Part shown: positions 51,600-63,763 of the stretch, piece by piece | How the letters are laid out: every line of letters starts with the position of its first letter | How positions within the stretch are numbered: the first letter of the stretch is position 1 | DNA from: Scyliorhinus canicula | Lineage: Eukaryota | Reading direction: 5' to 3' | NCBI RefSeq assembly: GCF_902713615.1 | Contig: NW_024055461.1 | Span: forward strand, 1,721,877 to 1,785,876 | Length of the DNA stretch: 64,000 nucleotides | Notes under the pieces: model-generated | The model's database searches: none | What the model was told of the DNA's origin: nothing | The model's input: only the letters and a program-made list of their open reading frames with translations | Program-made: the position numbers and the translations under genes

Positions 51600-52745
51600 A
51601 TAGAACAGAGAAACATACAGCACAGAATAGGCCCTTCGGCCCACGATGCTGTGCCCAACTTTTGTCCTAGATTAATTCTAGATTATCATAGAATCTACAG
51701 TGCAGAAGCGGCCCATCGAGTCTGCACCGGCTCTTGGAAAGAGCACCCTACCCGAGGTCAACACCTCCACCCAACCCCATAACGCAGTAACCACACCCAA
51801 CACTAAGGGCAATTTTTGACACTTAAGGGCAATTTATCATGGCCAATCCACTGAACCTGCACATCTTTGGACTGTGGGAGGAAACCAGAGCACCCGGAGG
51901 AAACCCAAGCACGCACGGGGAGAATGTGCAGACTCCGCACAGACAGTGACCCAAGCCAGGAATCGAACCTGGGACCCTAGAGCTGTGAAGCAATTGTGCT
52001 ATCCACAATGCTACTGTGCTGCCCTTAAGAACAAATTAATCTACACTTCATTATTCTACACTTCATTATTCTACCATAATCCATGTACCTCTCCAATAGC
52101 CGCTTGAAGGTCCCTAATGTTTCCGACTCAACTACTTCCACAGGCAGTGCATTCCATGCCCCCACTACTCTCTGGGTAAAGAACCTACCTCTGACATCCC
52201 CCCTATATCTTCCACCATTCACCTTAAATTTATGTCCCCTTGTAATGGTTTGTTCCACCCGGGGAAAAAGTCTCTGACTGTCTACTCTATCTCTTCCCCT
52301 GATCATCTCATAAACCTCTATCAAGTCATCCCTCATCCTTCTCCGTTCTAATGAGAAAAAGCCTAGCACCCTCAACCTTTCCTCATAAGACCTACTCTCC
52401 ATTCCAGGCAACATCCTGGTAAATCTCCCTTGCATCTTTTCCAAAGCTTCTCCATCCCTCGTAAAATGAGGTGACCAGAACTGCACAGAGTACTCCAAAT
52501 GTGGCCTTACCAAGGTTTTGTACAGCTACATCATCACCTCACGGCTCTTAAATTCAATCCCTCTGCTAATGAACGCTAACACACCATAGACCTTCTTCAC
52601 AGCTCCATCCACTTGAGTGGCAATTTTCAAAGATCTATGAACATAGACCCCAAGATCTCTCTGCTCCTCCACAATGCCAAGAACCCTTCCGTTAACCCTG
52701 TATTCCGCATTCATATTTGTCCTTCCAAAATGGACAACCTCACAC
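51600..52745 (-). mobile_element. CR1 3' part with embedded V-SINE (51685-52025)
   Basis: ORF 52025..52513 (VRPHLEYSVQFWSP...TRGH...FFTQRVVGAWNALP). Confidence 0.93.
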
Positions 52746-52754
52746 TTGTCAGGA

Positions 52755-52945
52755 TAGAAGTCTTACAACACCGCGTTAAAGTCCAACAGGTTTGTTTCAA
52801 TCACGAGCTTTCAGAGCACTGCTCCTCCCTCAGGTGAATTAAGAGGTATGTTCTAGAAACATATATATAGACATAGTCAAAGATGCAAAACAATGCTTTG
52901 AATGCGAGCATTTGCAGGTAATTAAGTCTTACAGAGACAGGGGTA
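52755..52945 (-). mobile_element. Penelope terminal fragment with minimal hammerhead ribozyme motif (52798-52840)
   Basis: Minus strand ATTCAC CTGAGGG AGGAGC AGT GCTCT GAAAGCTC GTGATT; similar to 46600-46800. Confidence 0.75.
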
Positions 52946-54609
52946 TATCCTCGTTTGCGGGCTACTTGAATAAATGTACATTTCTATAAAACCTTGCACT
53001 GCCACTGGACCCTCTGAAGTCTTTTAAAGCCAATGAAGTACTTTTGAAACATATTCACTGATGTAATGTAAGAAGCTGTAAGTACGCATGTGTAATCACG
53101 TTTAGTTTTTAAATTGTTATTTTCATAGTGTATTCACTGTCATTGGTAACAAGGTCAAGGAAGCCCTTTTATACCTCTAACACGTGGCTTCCTGCAGCCA
53201 TTTCCCCTTCTGTACCTTTTCTATATTAACCATGTATTGATTTCATACCACAAAACAATAATTACATTTATGATTATTCAATGGTGAACATTAATTATCA
53301 TTTGCGAATTGGTGTATTCGGTAATTATATTGCAAAGGCTAGATCTTTATTTTTAAAAATAACACCTTCAACCAAAATGTTTTCAGAAACTGCAGAGCTA
53401 TCAGAATTTGATTGAAAAAATAAATTACTTTGTAATTTTGTGAAGTTACTGGACATCATATTCTGCCAAGACTGTGGGCCAGGCAGGAGAGTAATGGTAT
53501 TGTTACTGGGCTAGTAATCCAGAGACCCAGGTTAATGCTCTGGGGATCTGGGATCAAATCTGTCTATGACAGATATTGAAATTGAATAAAAGTCTCAAAG
53601 TATAAGTCTAACGGTGACTTTGTCGATTGTTGTAAAAACCCGTCGGGTCCTTCAGGAAATCTGCTCTCCTTACGTGGCCTGGCCGACACATTACTCCAGA
53701 TCCACAGCAATGTTGTGGTTGATTTGTAAGTGCCCTCTAAAATAGCCTCACAAGACACGCAGTTCAAGGGTAATTGGAATGAGCAGTAAATGCTGGTCCA
53801 GCCAGTGACCCCCACCTCCCATGATTGAAGAATTTTGAAGAGGGCTCAGTGAGGTACAGTGAAAAGTATTTTTTCCATATAAATTTAGAGTACTGCTCCA
53901 ATAAAGCTCAAAGGAAACTTGAGAAACAGAACCTCATCCTTAATCAGGCAATTTATCTTTTATTTGTATAAATTTAGAGTACCCGATTATTTTTTTTCCA
54001 AATAAAGGGCAATTTAACATGGCCAATCCGCCTAACGTGAACAATTTTGTGTTGTGGGGTTGAAACCTACACAGACATGGGGAGAATGTGCAAACTCCAC
54101 ACGGTCAGTGATCCAGGGCCGGGACTCGAACCCGAGTCCTCGGTGCCGCAGTCCCAGTGCTAACCACTGCGCCATATGGTGCCCTGTATTCATTAAAAAT
54201 TACTGTATTAATTAGCTAAAAGTCTGCAACAGATGATTAAATAAGTGGTGATCATTAATTGAGTTACAATTAGTGAAACAATTTTTTTAATGCATTGGAC
54301 GTGGGCGTCGCAGGCTGTGCCAGCATTTATTACCCATCTCTAATTGCCCTTGAGGGCTGGTTAGAGTCAACCACATTGCTATGGGTCTGGGGTCACATGT
54401 AGGCCAGACTGGGTAAGGACGGCAGATTTCCCTCCCAAAAGTACATTAGTGAACCAGCTGGTTTCATAGACTTTTAATTCCAGATATTTTATTGAGTTTA
54501 AATTCCAACACCTGTGGTAGTCGGATTCAAACCCGGGTCCCCAGATCATTATCCTGGGTTTATGGATGACTAGTCCAGCGACGATACCACTACACCACTG
54601 CCTCCCCAC

Positions 54610-54960
54610 TGTGTAACTGGTCAAAGCTCTTTACACAGTTAGTTCACTGGAACTCTCTCACTCGGGCGTGTGTTGTGTGGGTCTCGGTGCTTTTCCAGTC
54701 ACACTGATGTTTCCACAGTCAGTTCACTGGAACACTCTCACTCGGGTGTGTGTTGTGTGAGTCTCGGGCTTTTCCAGTCACACTGATGTTTGAAATCTTT
54801 TCTCATTGAGAACAGAGAAACATTTCTCCTTCCACATTCGAAGGATGATATTCAGGGTCTGATGAATCAACTGACTTCTGTCCGACCTTGATGCAATATT
54901 TAGTCTCAATTTACCGAATACAAACCTTCTATTGTCCCGTAAAAAGAGTTTACAAAACTA
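54610..54960 (-). pseudogene. ZF-cassette leader relic with an internal duplication of about 80 bp
   Basis: Two tandem copies of agttcactggaac.ctctcactcggg.gtgtgttgtg...ttttccagtcacactgatgttt. Confidence 0.75.
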
Positions 54961-55009
54961 CGGTACTGAGGACCCGTGTTTGAAACCCGGCTCTGGGTCA
55001 ATGTCCGTA

Positions 55010-55330
55010 TGGAGGTTCTGTTCCTCGAGTTTCCTTTGAGCTTTACTAGAGCAGTGCAGGAGGCTGTGGACAGTCGGAGTGGGGCAGGGAATTAAAATGT
55101 TAAAATGATCATAAGCTCAGGATTATGTTTGCAGACTGAATGGTGATGTTCCACAGTCACCTAATCCAGATTTAATCTCCTCAGTGTAGGGAAGACCAAA
55201 TCGTGAGCAGTGAATACACAACACTGGATGGCAAGAAGTACAAGTAAATCACTGTCACCTGGAAAGTGTGTTTGGAATCCTGGAATATGGGAAGGATGGT
55301 GATGAACTGGTGGTTGTTGCATCTGTTGTG
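55010..55330 (-). mobile_element. Degraded PLE GIY-YIG fragment from another family
   Basis: FQV..FTCTS..CCVFTAH/CIHCS..GLPYT.E and KLEEQNL relics; a 45-bp piece recurs inverted at 53891-53938. Confidence 0.55.
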
Positions 55331-56069
55331 TCTGCATGGAAGTGGTTTACAGTGATGTTCATAAGAACACATGAAATGGAAGCGGGGGAGCCTAGATGGC
55401 TCCTCGAGCCACTGCATTTCTTGCTGTCTGTAACCTGCCCGTTCAGGCATCATTCTGATATACTTTCCCGTATCGTCCCCAGTCCTTCCAGATCCATTTT
55501 ATGATATGGATACATTAGCTCAACAATCCTGTGAACTAATTTAGTCTGGCCCAGTGTCACCGAGCTGAAATCCAGTCTTTCTCTGAACATTATTCTTAAT
55601 GCCACAGCTGACAGGTTAAGAGTTTAGCAGTAAGTGGAAGAGGCAAGTTTGTAGATGCTCTGCAGTGTTACAGACTGGCTCGTTGGATCTTGTTCTGTCC
55701 CATCTTACATTCTACTAACAGTAAAATTACTAAAAGACTGCAACATACAGGCATTTGTGGACAACGGTGAGTTTGCTGCTCAGATTAGTTAAAGTCTCCA
55801 TATTGTAAAATGGATCTCGAAGGACTGGAGAAGATGCAGGAAAAGATATTTGAATTATGCCTGAACTGGCAGGTTATACCCAGCAATAAAGATTGGACAG
55901 GGCATCACCTTTTCTCTGGAAAAGGGTATGAAGGATGGCCTGATCCTGCAAGATTATGAAAAGGTTTGATATGATAGACAAGTGGAAGATGTTTCCATTG
56001 GATAAGAATAAATATGAGTTAGTCATTAATTAATCTAATGTGCAGTTCAGAGGGAGATCACTCACACAC

Positions 56070-56340
56070 TTCATGTGTGCAAAGAAATGGAGCCGGTGGG
56101 TAGCCGGAGAGTAATAGAAGCTGCGGAGTGACTTGGGGAGGCTTCAGAAAAACCCAGAGGAGGCTTCAACTCCCGAGTAAAATGTTGACGGTCCCGTCTT
56201 AAACAGCACCGAACAGAGTGAGAGCTGAGCGGTGACAGGCCCGGGTTACCAGCCGCCATCTTTCCAGAGGACAAGGAGCCGCAGGACGCATGCGCTGCGA
56301 GCCTGGACTGGTTGCCAACTTTCCCAGATTGACTGACTGG
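56070..56340 (+). promoter_or_regulatory. CpG-rich cassette promoter/first-exon region
   Basis: ggtgacaggcccgggttaccaGCCGCCATCTTT...CGCATGCGC, the same YY1-like and NRF1-like pair as other copies. Confidence 0.6.
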
Positions 56341-59085
56341 AGTCTCCAGGATTTTATTTTATTAATTTGTGGGAGTCACTGGCTGGGCCAACATTTATTG
56401 TCCATCCCTAATTTCCCTCGAACCGAGTGGCTGGCTCGGCAATCTCGGAAGGCATTTAAAGAGTCAACCACATTGCTGTGGTTTGGAACCGTGTCGGCCA
56501 GACCAGGTAAGGATGGCAGATTTTATTTTCTATTCATTCCCGGGATGTGGGTGTCGCTGGCTGGGCCAGCATTCACTGCCCAGCCCTAATTGCCCCTGAA
56601 CTGAGTGTACCTCAGAGAGTATTTTAAGGGTCAACCAGCTGACTGTGGATCTGGAGTCACATGTAGGCCAGACCAGGTAAGGATGGAAGATGTCCTTCAC
56701 TGAAGGACATGAGTCAACCTGATGGATCTTTGCAACAATTGACAATGGTTTCAGGGTCTTCAGTAAACTTTCAATGAATTCAAATTTTACCTTCTGCCTT
56801 GGTGAGATTCATACCTGGGTGTCTGGGAAATCATTAGGACAGTAAAGAAGATTTTTTTGAAATTTTCTTTGAACATTTCTCTTCAGCGGATATAAAAATA
56901 TTGAAAATGGGATAAAGGTTGTTTGGCTGGCAGTCAATCACTGTCCTGTAAGGTAATGAGTCCTTTTGCTTCCCAATTGGCCGAGGAAGGCAGTGTGTCA
57001 CAAGGATGGATGTGTTGACCGATTAATGGCAGGAGGATGGGGGCAGGTCATGTGATCAAACCTCCAGGAATACAAAGTTGGCGAGGAGAGAATGTTGTGA
57101 ATTTCTATCCTAAGCTGACAGTGAGGTTTCTGTAAATTTACAGGATACTGGAAGAGGAGGTTTAACAGACGGGAAACACAAACCAAATGTCACATCGCGA
57201 TCTGACAGAGTCGCTCGATTCATCAGAACCTGAATTGCAGCAGCATCTGGGTGTGGAAGGTAAAAGGTTTGTCTGTTCTGTCTGTGAGGGAAGATTTCAG
57301 GTCTCAGTGTGACTGGAAAAGCCCCGAGATTCACAAACCCTGGTTAGACCAAACCTGGAGAACTGTGTTCAGTTCTGGGCAACAAACCCGAGGAAGGATA
57401 GAATGGCTTCGGAGGGAGTGTAACACAGGTCTACCCGAGTGATATCTGAACCCTCCGGGGATAAATTACAAAACTAGATTATACAAAAGAGTCAGAGATA
57501 TGATGGCACAAGAAGGAAATTCGGCCCATTGAGTCCATGCTCGCTCTCTGGAGCAATCCAGTCTGTGCCATTCTCCTGCTCTGTCCCTGTATCCTCGCAG
57601 GTTTATTTCCCTCAGATCTCTATCTAATTTCCTTTTGTAATCAAATCATTCATTGTGTCTATTTTCAAACTCCCTCAAAGGCAACAAGTTTCAGGTCATT
57701 GCCGCTCGCTGTGTAAAAACATACCTCATATCACCTGTACCTTTTGCGTAGAAACTAGGAACAGGCCACTCGGCCCCTCGAGCCTGCTCAGCATTCAATA
57801 AGATTGCGGCTGATCTCATTCTAACCTCAACTCCACATTCCTGCCTACCCCTGATGACCTTTCACCCCCTTGCTCATCAAGAATCTATCCAGCTCTGCCT
57901 TAAACATATTCAAGGATTCTGCTTCCACTGCCTTTTAAGGACGTGATTTGCAAAGTCTTACAACCCTCAAGAGAATAAAAAATCCTCATCTCCATCTGAA
58001 ATGGCAACTCCTTATTTTGCAACAGTGATGTCCTCGATCTGGAGGAAACATCCTCTCCACATCCACCCTGTCAAGACCCCTCAGGATCGTGTGTAGCTCA
58101 ATCCAGGTTTAACCCAAAACTTTAAATCTGTGTCCCGACTGCTTGTACGATCAGTGAATGGAAACAGAGTTTCTTTGTCCACCCGATGGAAATCTGGCAT
58201 AATCTTGTGTCCCTGAACCAAATCTCCCCTCAACCTCCTTTGCTGGATCCATTCTGGTAAATCTCATCTGCACCTTCTCCAAGAACCTTCACATCCTTCC
58301 TGAAGAGTGGTGACCAGAGCTTTATAAAGATTCATAGAATAGCATTAGAACCATAGAATTCGTACAGTGCAGAAGGAGGTCTTTCGGTCCATCGAGTCTG
58401 CACTGATTCTCTGAAAGGGAACCCTGCCTAGGCCCACACCCCTACCCTGTCCCTGCAACCCCATAGCCCCACCTAACCTGCACATCCCTGGACACTAAGG
58501 GACAATTTATCAAGGTCAATCCACCAAAATTTCCCTTCTTTGCAATGTTGGAGGAAACCTGAGCACCGGGTTGAAACCCACACAGACACCGGGACAAAAT
58601 GCAAACTCCACACAGTCACCAAGGCTGGAATTGAACCCGAGTCCCTGGCACTGAGGCAGCAGTGCTAATCACCGTGCCACCAGAAGCATAGTTTTCGTAT
58701 CAATATTGCTGTTTATGAAGCACAAGATCAAGGTTGCTTTGCCGTCTATTCTCTTTAATATGTCTTGTAGATATACAAAATCCCTCTTCACCTCTTTCTC
58801 TCTCCTCCCAAAGAGGCCAGTTGGGTTTTTATGACAATTCAGCAGTTTCATGGTCTCTTTTTGCAAGAGCCGGCCCCACAAATGACCAGATTCATTCAGC
58901 TCAATTTCACAACCTGCCTTTGTGTTTTTGTGGGTTCTCTCTCACTCCCTACTTTCTGTTTTGAATCCGTTCCTCAGGGTGTTCAAAGGGGAGGCTTCAA
59001 TGTCCGGAAACTCAAACCAAGCATCACATCAGGATCTGACAGAGTCCTCAATTTATCATATCCTGAATATCAGCGTATTTTGAAC

Positions 59086-59788
59086 ATGGAAGGAAAAAGC
59101 ATTGTTCACAGTGGGAAGAAAACGTATATGTGTTGTGAGTGTGAACGAGGATTCAGTCTATCATCAGGCCTCACAAGGCACAAATGCAGTCACACTGAGG
59201 AGAAACCGTGGAAATGTGGCGACTGTGGGAAAGGATTCACTTTCCCGTACCAGATGGAAACTCATCGACGCAGTCACACTGGCAAGAGACCATTCACCTG
59301 CTCCGAGTATGGGAAGGGATTCACTCAATCATCCAACCTGCTGACACACCAGCGAATTCACACTGGAGAGAGACCATTCAACTGCTCCAAGTGTAGGAAA
59401 GGATTCACTCAGTCATCCACTCTGTACGCACACCAGCGAGTTCACACCGGAGAGAGGCCATTCAGCTGTTCCAAGTGTGGAAAGGGATTCACTTGGTCAT
59501 GCAACCTGCTGAGTCATCAGCGAGTTCACACTGGGGAGAGACCGTTTCAATGTCCAGACTGTGGGAAGTGCTATAAAAGTTCTGGGGATCTGAGGCGCCA
59601 TCAACGTGTTCACACTGACGAGAAACCGTTTAGGTGCTTTCACTGCGGGACTGGGTTCATACAATCGTTTGAGCTCACTGTGCATCAACGAATTCACACT
59701 GGGGAGAGGCCATTCACCTGCGTCAAGTGAGGGAAGGGATTCACTCAGTCATCCCACCTGCTGAGACACCAGCGAGGCCACAAGTAAC
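59086..59788 (+). CDS. 8-finger C2H2 ZF gene, damaged (finger 3 Cys to Tyr; TGA at 59728 in finger 8)
   Basis: Acceptor gttcctcAG ends at 58977; tttgaacATGgaagga start context; finger 8 continues [18 protein letters not shown] after the stop. Confidence 0.82.
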
Positions 59789-59989
59789 CACAGTGATTGA
59801 ATTTTGCTGTTCCTCACTATCAGGACTGAACCATGTTAATTTGGGTCTCTTTCTGCTGATAACAAACTCCAGCCCATTTACAGGGACTAATATTCTGGCT
59901 AAAAGTCAAATAAATTAGATTTGTGTTAAATACACAGTGTCGAAACTTTTAAATATCTCTGACACAAGTTAGTTCCTTTAGAAGTACTC

Positions 59990-60545
59990 TCGCTCTCCCC
60001 TGTCTCTTCAATCCTCACCTCCAACAAGAAGTGTGAGGAGCTCGTGGAGCTTCTTGTGACTGAGATTTAGTAAATCCGATCAGCTGCCTCTGCTGCTTCC
60101 CTCCTTTCCACGAGCCCACCGGACCAAACTGTCTCTAAATTTCATCCTTTCCCGGGCCCTAAACCCACATCTTTCTCTGGTTTCTCTCCCATCTCCCCTC
60201 ATGCCCTCTCGGAGTTCATCTTGTCCATGAGACCCAGCTCCTGCTCCATGGACCCTATTCCCACTGAGCTACTGATCAGCCAACTACCCTTTGTCCACGG
60301 ATATTGTCAACATTTCTCTCCCTTCAGGTACTGTCCCCCTGTCCTTCAAATCTGCCATCATCACCCCCTCCTCAATAAAACAAACCCTTGACCCAGCCAT
60401 CCTTACAAATTACTGCCCCATCTTCAACCTCCCTCCCTTCTTCAAACTCTTTGAACATGTTGTCACCTCCCAAACCTTGCCCATCTTTCCCAGAGCTCCC
60501 ATGTTTGAATCCCTTCAATCAGGTCTCTGCCCTGTCACAGTGAAA
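59990..60545 (+). mobile_element. L2-clade LINE RT fragment
   Basis: DPIPT.LL, NISLPSGTVPLSFKSAIITP, LDPAILTNYCPIFNLP, ESLQSG. Confidence 0.85.
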
Positions 60546-62161
60546 TACAAGAGACAAACAGAATCTTACCCAGAGAGAATACAGACAATCTGGGAGATTG
60601 GATGCAAGGATGGCACAGTGGTTAGCACTACAGGTCACAGCGCCAGGGACCTGGGTTCAATTCCCGGCCTAGGTCACTGTGCAGAGTCTGCAAGTTCTCC
60701 CCGTGTCTGCGTGGGTTTCCTCCGGGTGCTCCACTTTCCTCCCACACTCTGGAAATATGCAGGTTAGGTGGATTGACTATGCTAAATTGGCCTTCATGTC
60801 CAATAAAGTTAGGTTGGGTTACGGGGATAGGGTGGAGGTGTGGGCTTAAGTAGGATGCTGTTTACAAGGGCTGGTGCAGACTCGATGGGCCAAATGGCCT
60901 CCTTCTGCACTGTAAATTCTATGAGGTGAGATTGTCCTTTCTGAGCTCCAGCCAGGTGATGTTAAACACTCAGGCGGAAAAGACAAAAATCTGCAACGTG
61001 TTTAAAACAGCTGATTTATTTCATCAATATCTAGAATGTTAAACTCCAGTCCCTTAGAGGTTATTATCATCAGAAACAAACTCCAACTATCAGAGTAAAA
61101 ACCTCCAAAAGTTTTGGTCCAGAGGCCATTTGGCCCATTGTGTGTGTGCTGGCTGCAGTGGAGCTATTCAGCTTAATCCCATTTTGCAGATCTCAGTCGA
61201 TTGTCCTGTATGTCCCAGTCCTTCAATTGGATTTCCAAGACATTTATTTTACAGTGATCAGGATTTCTGCTTCTATGACCCTGTCAGACAGCGAATTCTA
61301 GACTCCCACCACTGAAATGATTCCCCCCCGGAAGCCATAGCTTTGCCAAAAGAAGTATCCATTCTAAAGTGCAAGGCCCATACTCAAGACAACACTATAG
61401 AAGCACAAGGAAACACCCTTGCAGACCGAATAGCAAAGGAAGCTTCCTCCCAGTGGGATTCTTCAGGAGAACCAAGACACATCTACAAATATTCTACCTA
61501 CAATGGCGACTATCATGGTAATACTGTATATCCTTGGCTCCCAGTGAGCTGGAGATTCGCCCACCATTCCCTTTCTCTAGCCAATACTATAAACACAGAC
61601 CAAAACATGGACCTCTCATCCCACAGTTTGAGAAATATCAACCTGTCACTATCATCAAGAGGTCTAAACCTGAGATCTCCGGGGCTGAGAAATTCTTTTC
61701 TGCTCTCATCCCTGCCTATGGCATCATCGTACTGACCAGAGAATACATTAAACTGGCCGCAGCCTTAGAGAAAATAACCCAATGACACTTCCCGAGCCCT
61801 AAGTAGCATTTCAGCAGAGACGCTGGCCAATCGAACTGTGGCTTTGCAGATCGATGGCACTTGACTATTCGCTGGCCGAAAAAGATGGCACCTGTCCCCT
61901 GATTGGTGCAGAGTGTTGCACCTACATCCCAGATAATTCAGAAGAAATCAAAAGCTGGTCAGCACATATTCAAGAAGAAGTCAGTAAACTTTACCAACCC
62001 TCTGACAACACTCTTTGGGGATGGCTCTCTGGATGGGTGGGTGGCACAGGAATTTCCATCATTCAGGGATTTCTCTTATTTTTCATTTTTGGGCTTCAGC
62101 ATTTCGGTAGTGATCTTGCTGACCAGATACATTGGCCAATGTATGGTTACCCATAATGCCC

Positions 62162-63024
62162 TGTAGCCACCTGGGTTGGCCACTTCCCAATTCCAAAATG
62201 GATGTCCGCTAAGAATGCAGGGAAATTCTGTCAGGCACAGGGAAACAAGCAGGTGCAAGGTTTCCTGTGTACTAAGACTTGCAAAAACCCACACAGAACC
62301 GAAACCAGCGACCATCTGCATAATAATGAGCGATCCCCAGGAACAATTGGATACATTAAAGTAATCGAGACCAAACCAGACTCCTTGGCTCCAGCAGGAG
62401 CCAAAACAAATGAAGGTCAACGGACACATAGGAACCGCCCAGCGATCAGGGAACAGCTCCAGTATTGGAGAAATCGATGGAAGTGATTGGGACTTAGCCC
62501 AATCAATTGCAATCAGGTACGGGGTCCGTCCAAAAGGGCACACAACCCCTGGGAACTAGAAAATAAAGTCCCCAAGTTCAATTCGTCCTTCTTGGCAGGG
62601 TCTCTCAGCAGCTCGAAACAACTCTTGACTGTGACCTGCCTAGCAGCTGCACCAACCAAGTAAGTCTCCAGTCAACGCACGCTACGAGATAGGCGCTCCT
62701 ATCTACTAGTCCATACCAGCTATGAAGCCTGCAGCCTCAGAATCGAACAAAATGCCATTGTTCTCCTGACCTGGTGGGCCATTTCCAAAGCTAAGTATAG
62801 GCCTTTTAGTGTTAGAGATAGTCTAGTAAGTAGAGTTTTATGCATGAGTAGTGATTGACTGTGTGTATAATAAATGTGTTTTGATTTGAACCTTACTAAC
62901 TGGTGTATTGAATTATTGATCAGCACTTGGCTTTGAACCTCATGGTGGTATCAGAAAGATACCTGGCGACTCTAAAGCAAAGGTTATAAAACAGAGCAAT
63001 TAAGTAAAAGCACAATTAGCAACA
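62162..63024 (+). mobile_element. Solo LTR, 863 bp, inserted in the env tail
   Basis: TGT...ACA termini; 4-bp TSD GCCC at 62158-62161 and 63025-63028; AATAAA near 62869. Confidence 0.88.
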
Positions 63025-63143
63025 GCCCCAACAATCAAAGTGGTTCATAGTGGTCCAACTGCACCACCAGCCCATGACATTGAACAAGGCTCATAAATTG
63101 AGCTGTTATTACTGCATTATTACCCAATTATTACTGCAATTAT

Positions 63144-63493
63144 GTTAAATTCGCCCTGAGAGGATCGGTGCAAGGGTTCTTTAAACGGTGGCAACCTTTC
63201 CTCGACTTTCTGGCTCAACGATAGGGTACTGGGACAGTAGCAGCAGCAACCCGGGGGGGGGGGCGTTGATTATGTTAGCTTATTTTATTTAAATTTGATT
63301 TATCTAATTTTAATTTATGGTTAAGTTCTCTTGTTTGGGGGGGGTGGGGGAATGTGATACATGTGATGTTACGGTATGGGGGGAATTGTGGGTGTTATGG
63401 GGCTGTTAGTTGCATATTACTGCTTTTTGCTATACTGTTTGTTATATTTTCTGCAAAAAATTCCAATAAAAAAAATTAAAAAAAAAAAAAAAA
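63144..63493 (+). mobile_element. Short 5'-truncated L1 3' end
   Basis: Homologous to 21265-21590; A tail; 14-bp TSD ATTACTGCAATTAT. Confidence 0.93.
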
Positions 63494-63763
63494 ATTACTG
63501 CAATTATATAATCAGCTTCCATTATTGCTGAATTGTTATTGTACTATATAATCACTTTTTTGAATGAAATACCTCCAGAATGCTTGTAACGCTTGGAAAG
63601 CTTTGCTCGCCCCAGTGCTGAAGGCTGTCCTCAAACAAGTGAACCATGAAAGACAATGTGAATGAGTTCCTCTCTGCGCTTACTTCTATCCTGTTGCATT
63701 TCTTCCTTAATTTATATTTGTTATTATGATTCATCTTATTCTTTAGAAGAATCAAAAGGGGGA

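Larger units (their letters stand above)
61320..63763 (+). mobile_element. Internally deleted class I ERV: RNase H end, env remnant and PPT, with nested insertions
   Basis: LPKEVSILKCKAH...GNTLADRIAKEAS; GNTVYPWLPVSW; KRSKP|EISGAEKFF; MALDYSLAEKDGTCPLIGAECCTYIPD; PPT aatcaaaagggggag near 63750-63764. Confidence 0.9.

Noticed and set aside
58831-59085. N-terminal extension of the 299-aa ZF ORF as a novel effector domain
   Set aside because: It crosses a polypyrimidine tract and acceptor ending at 58977; the family start context points to ATG 59086.
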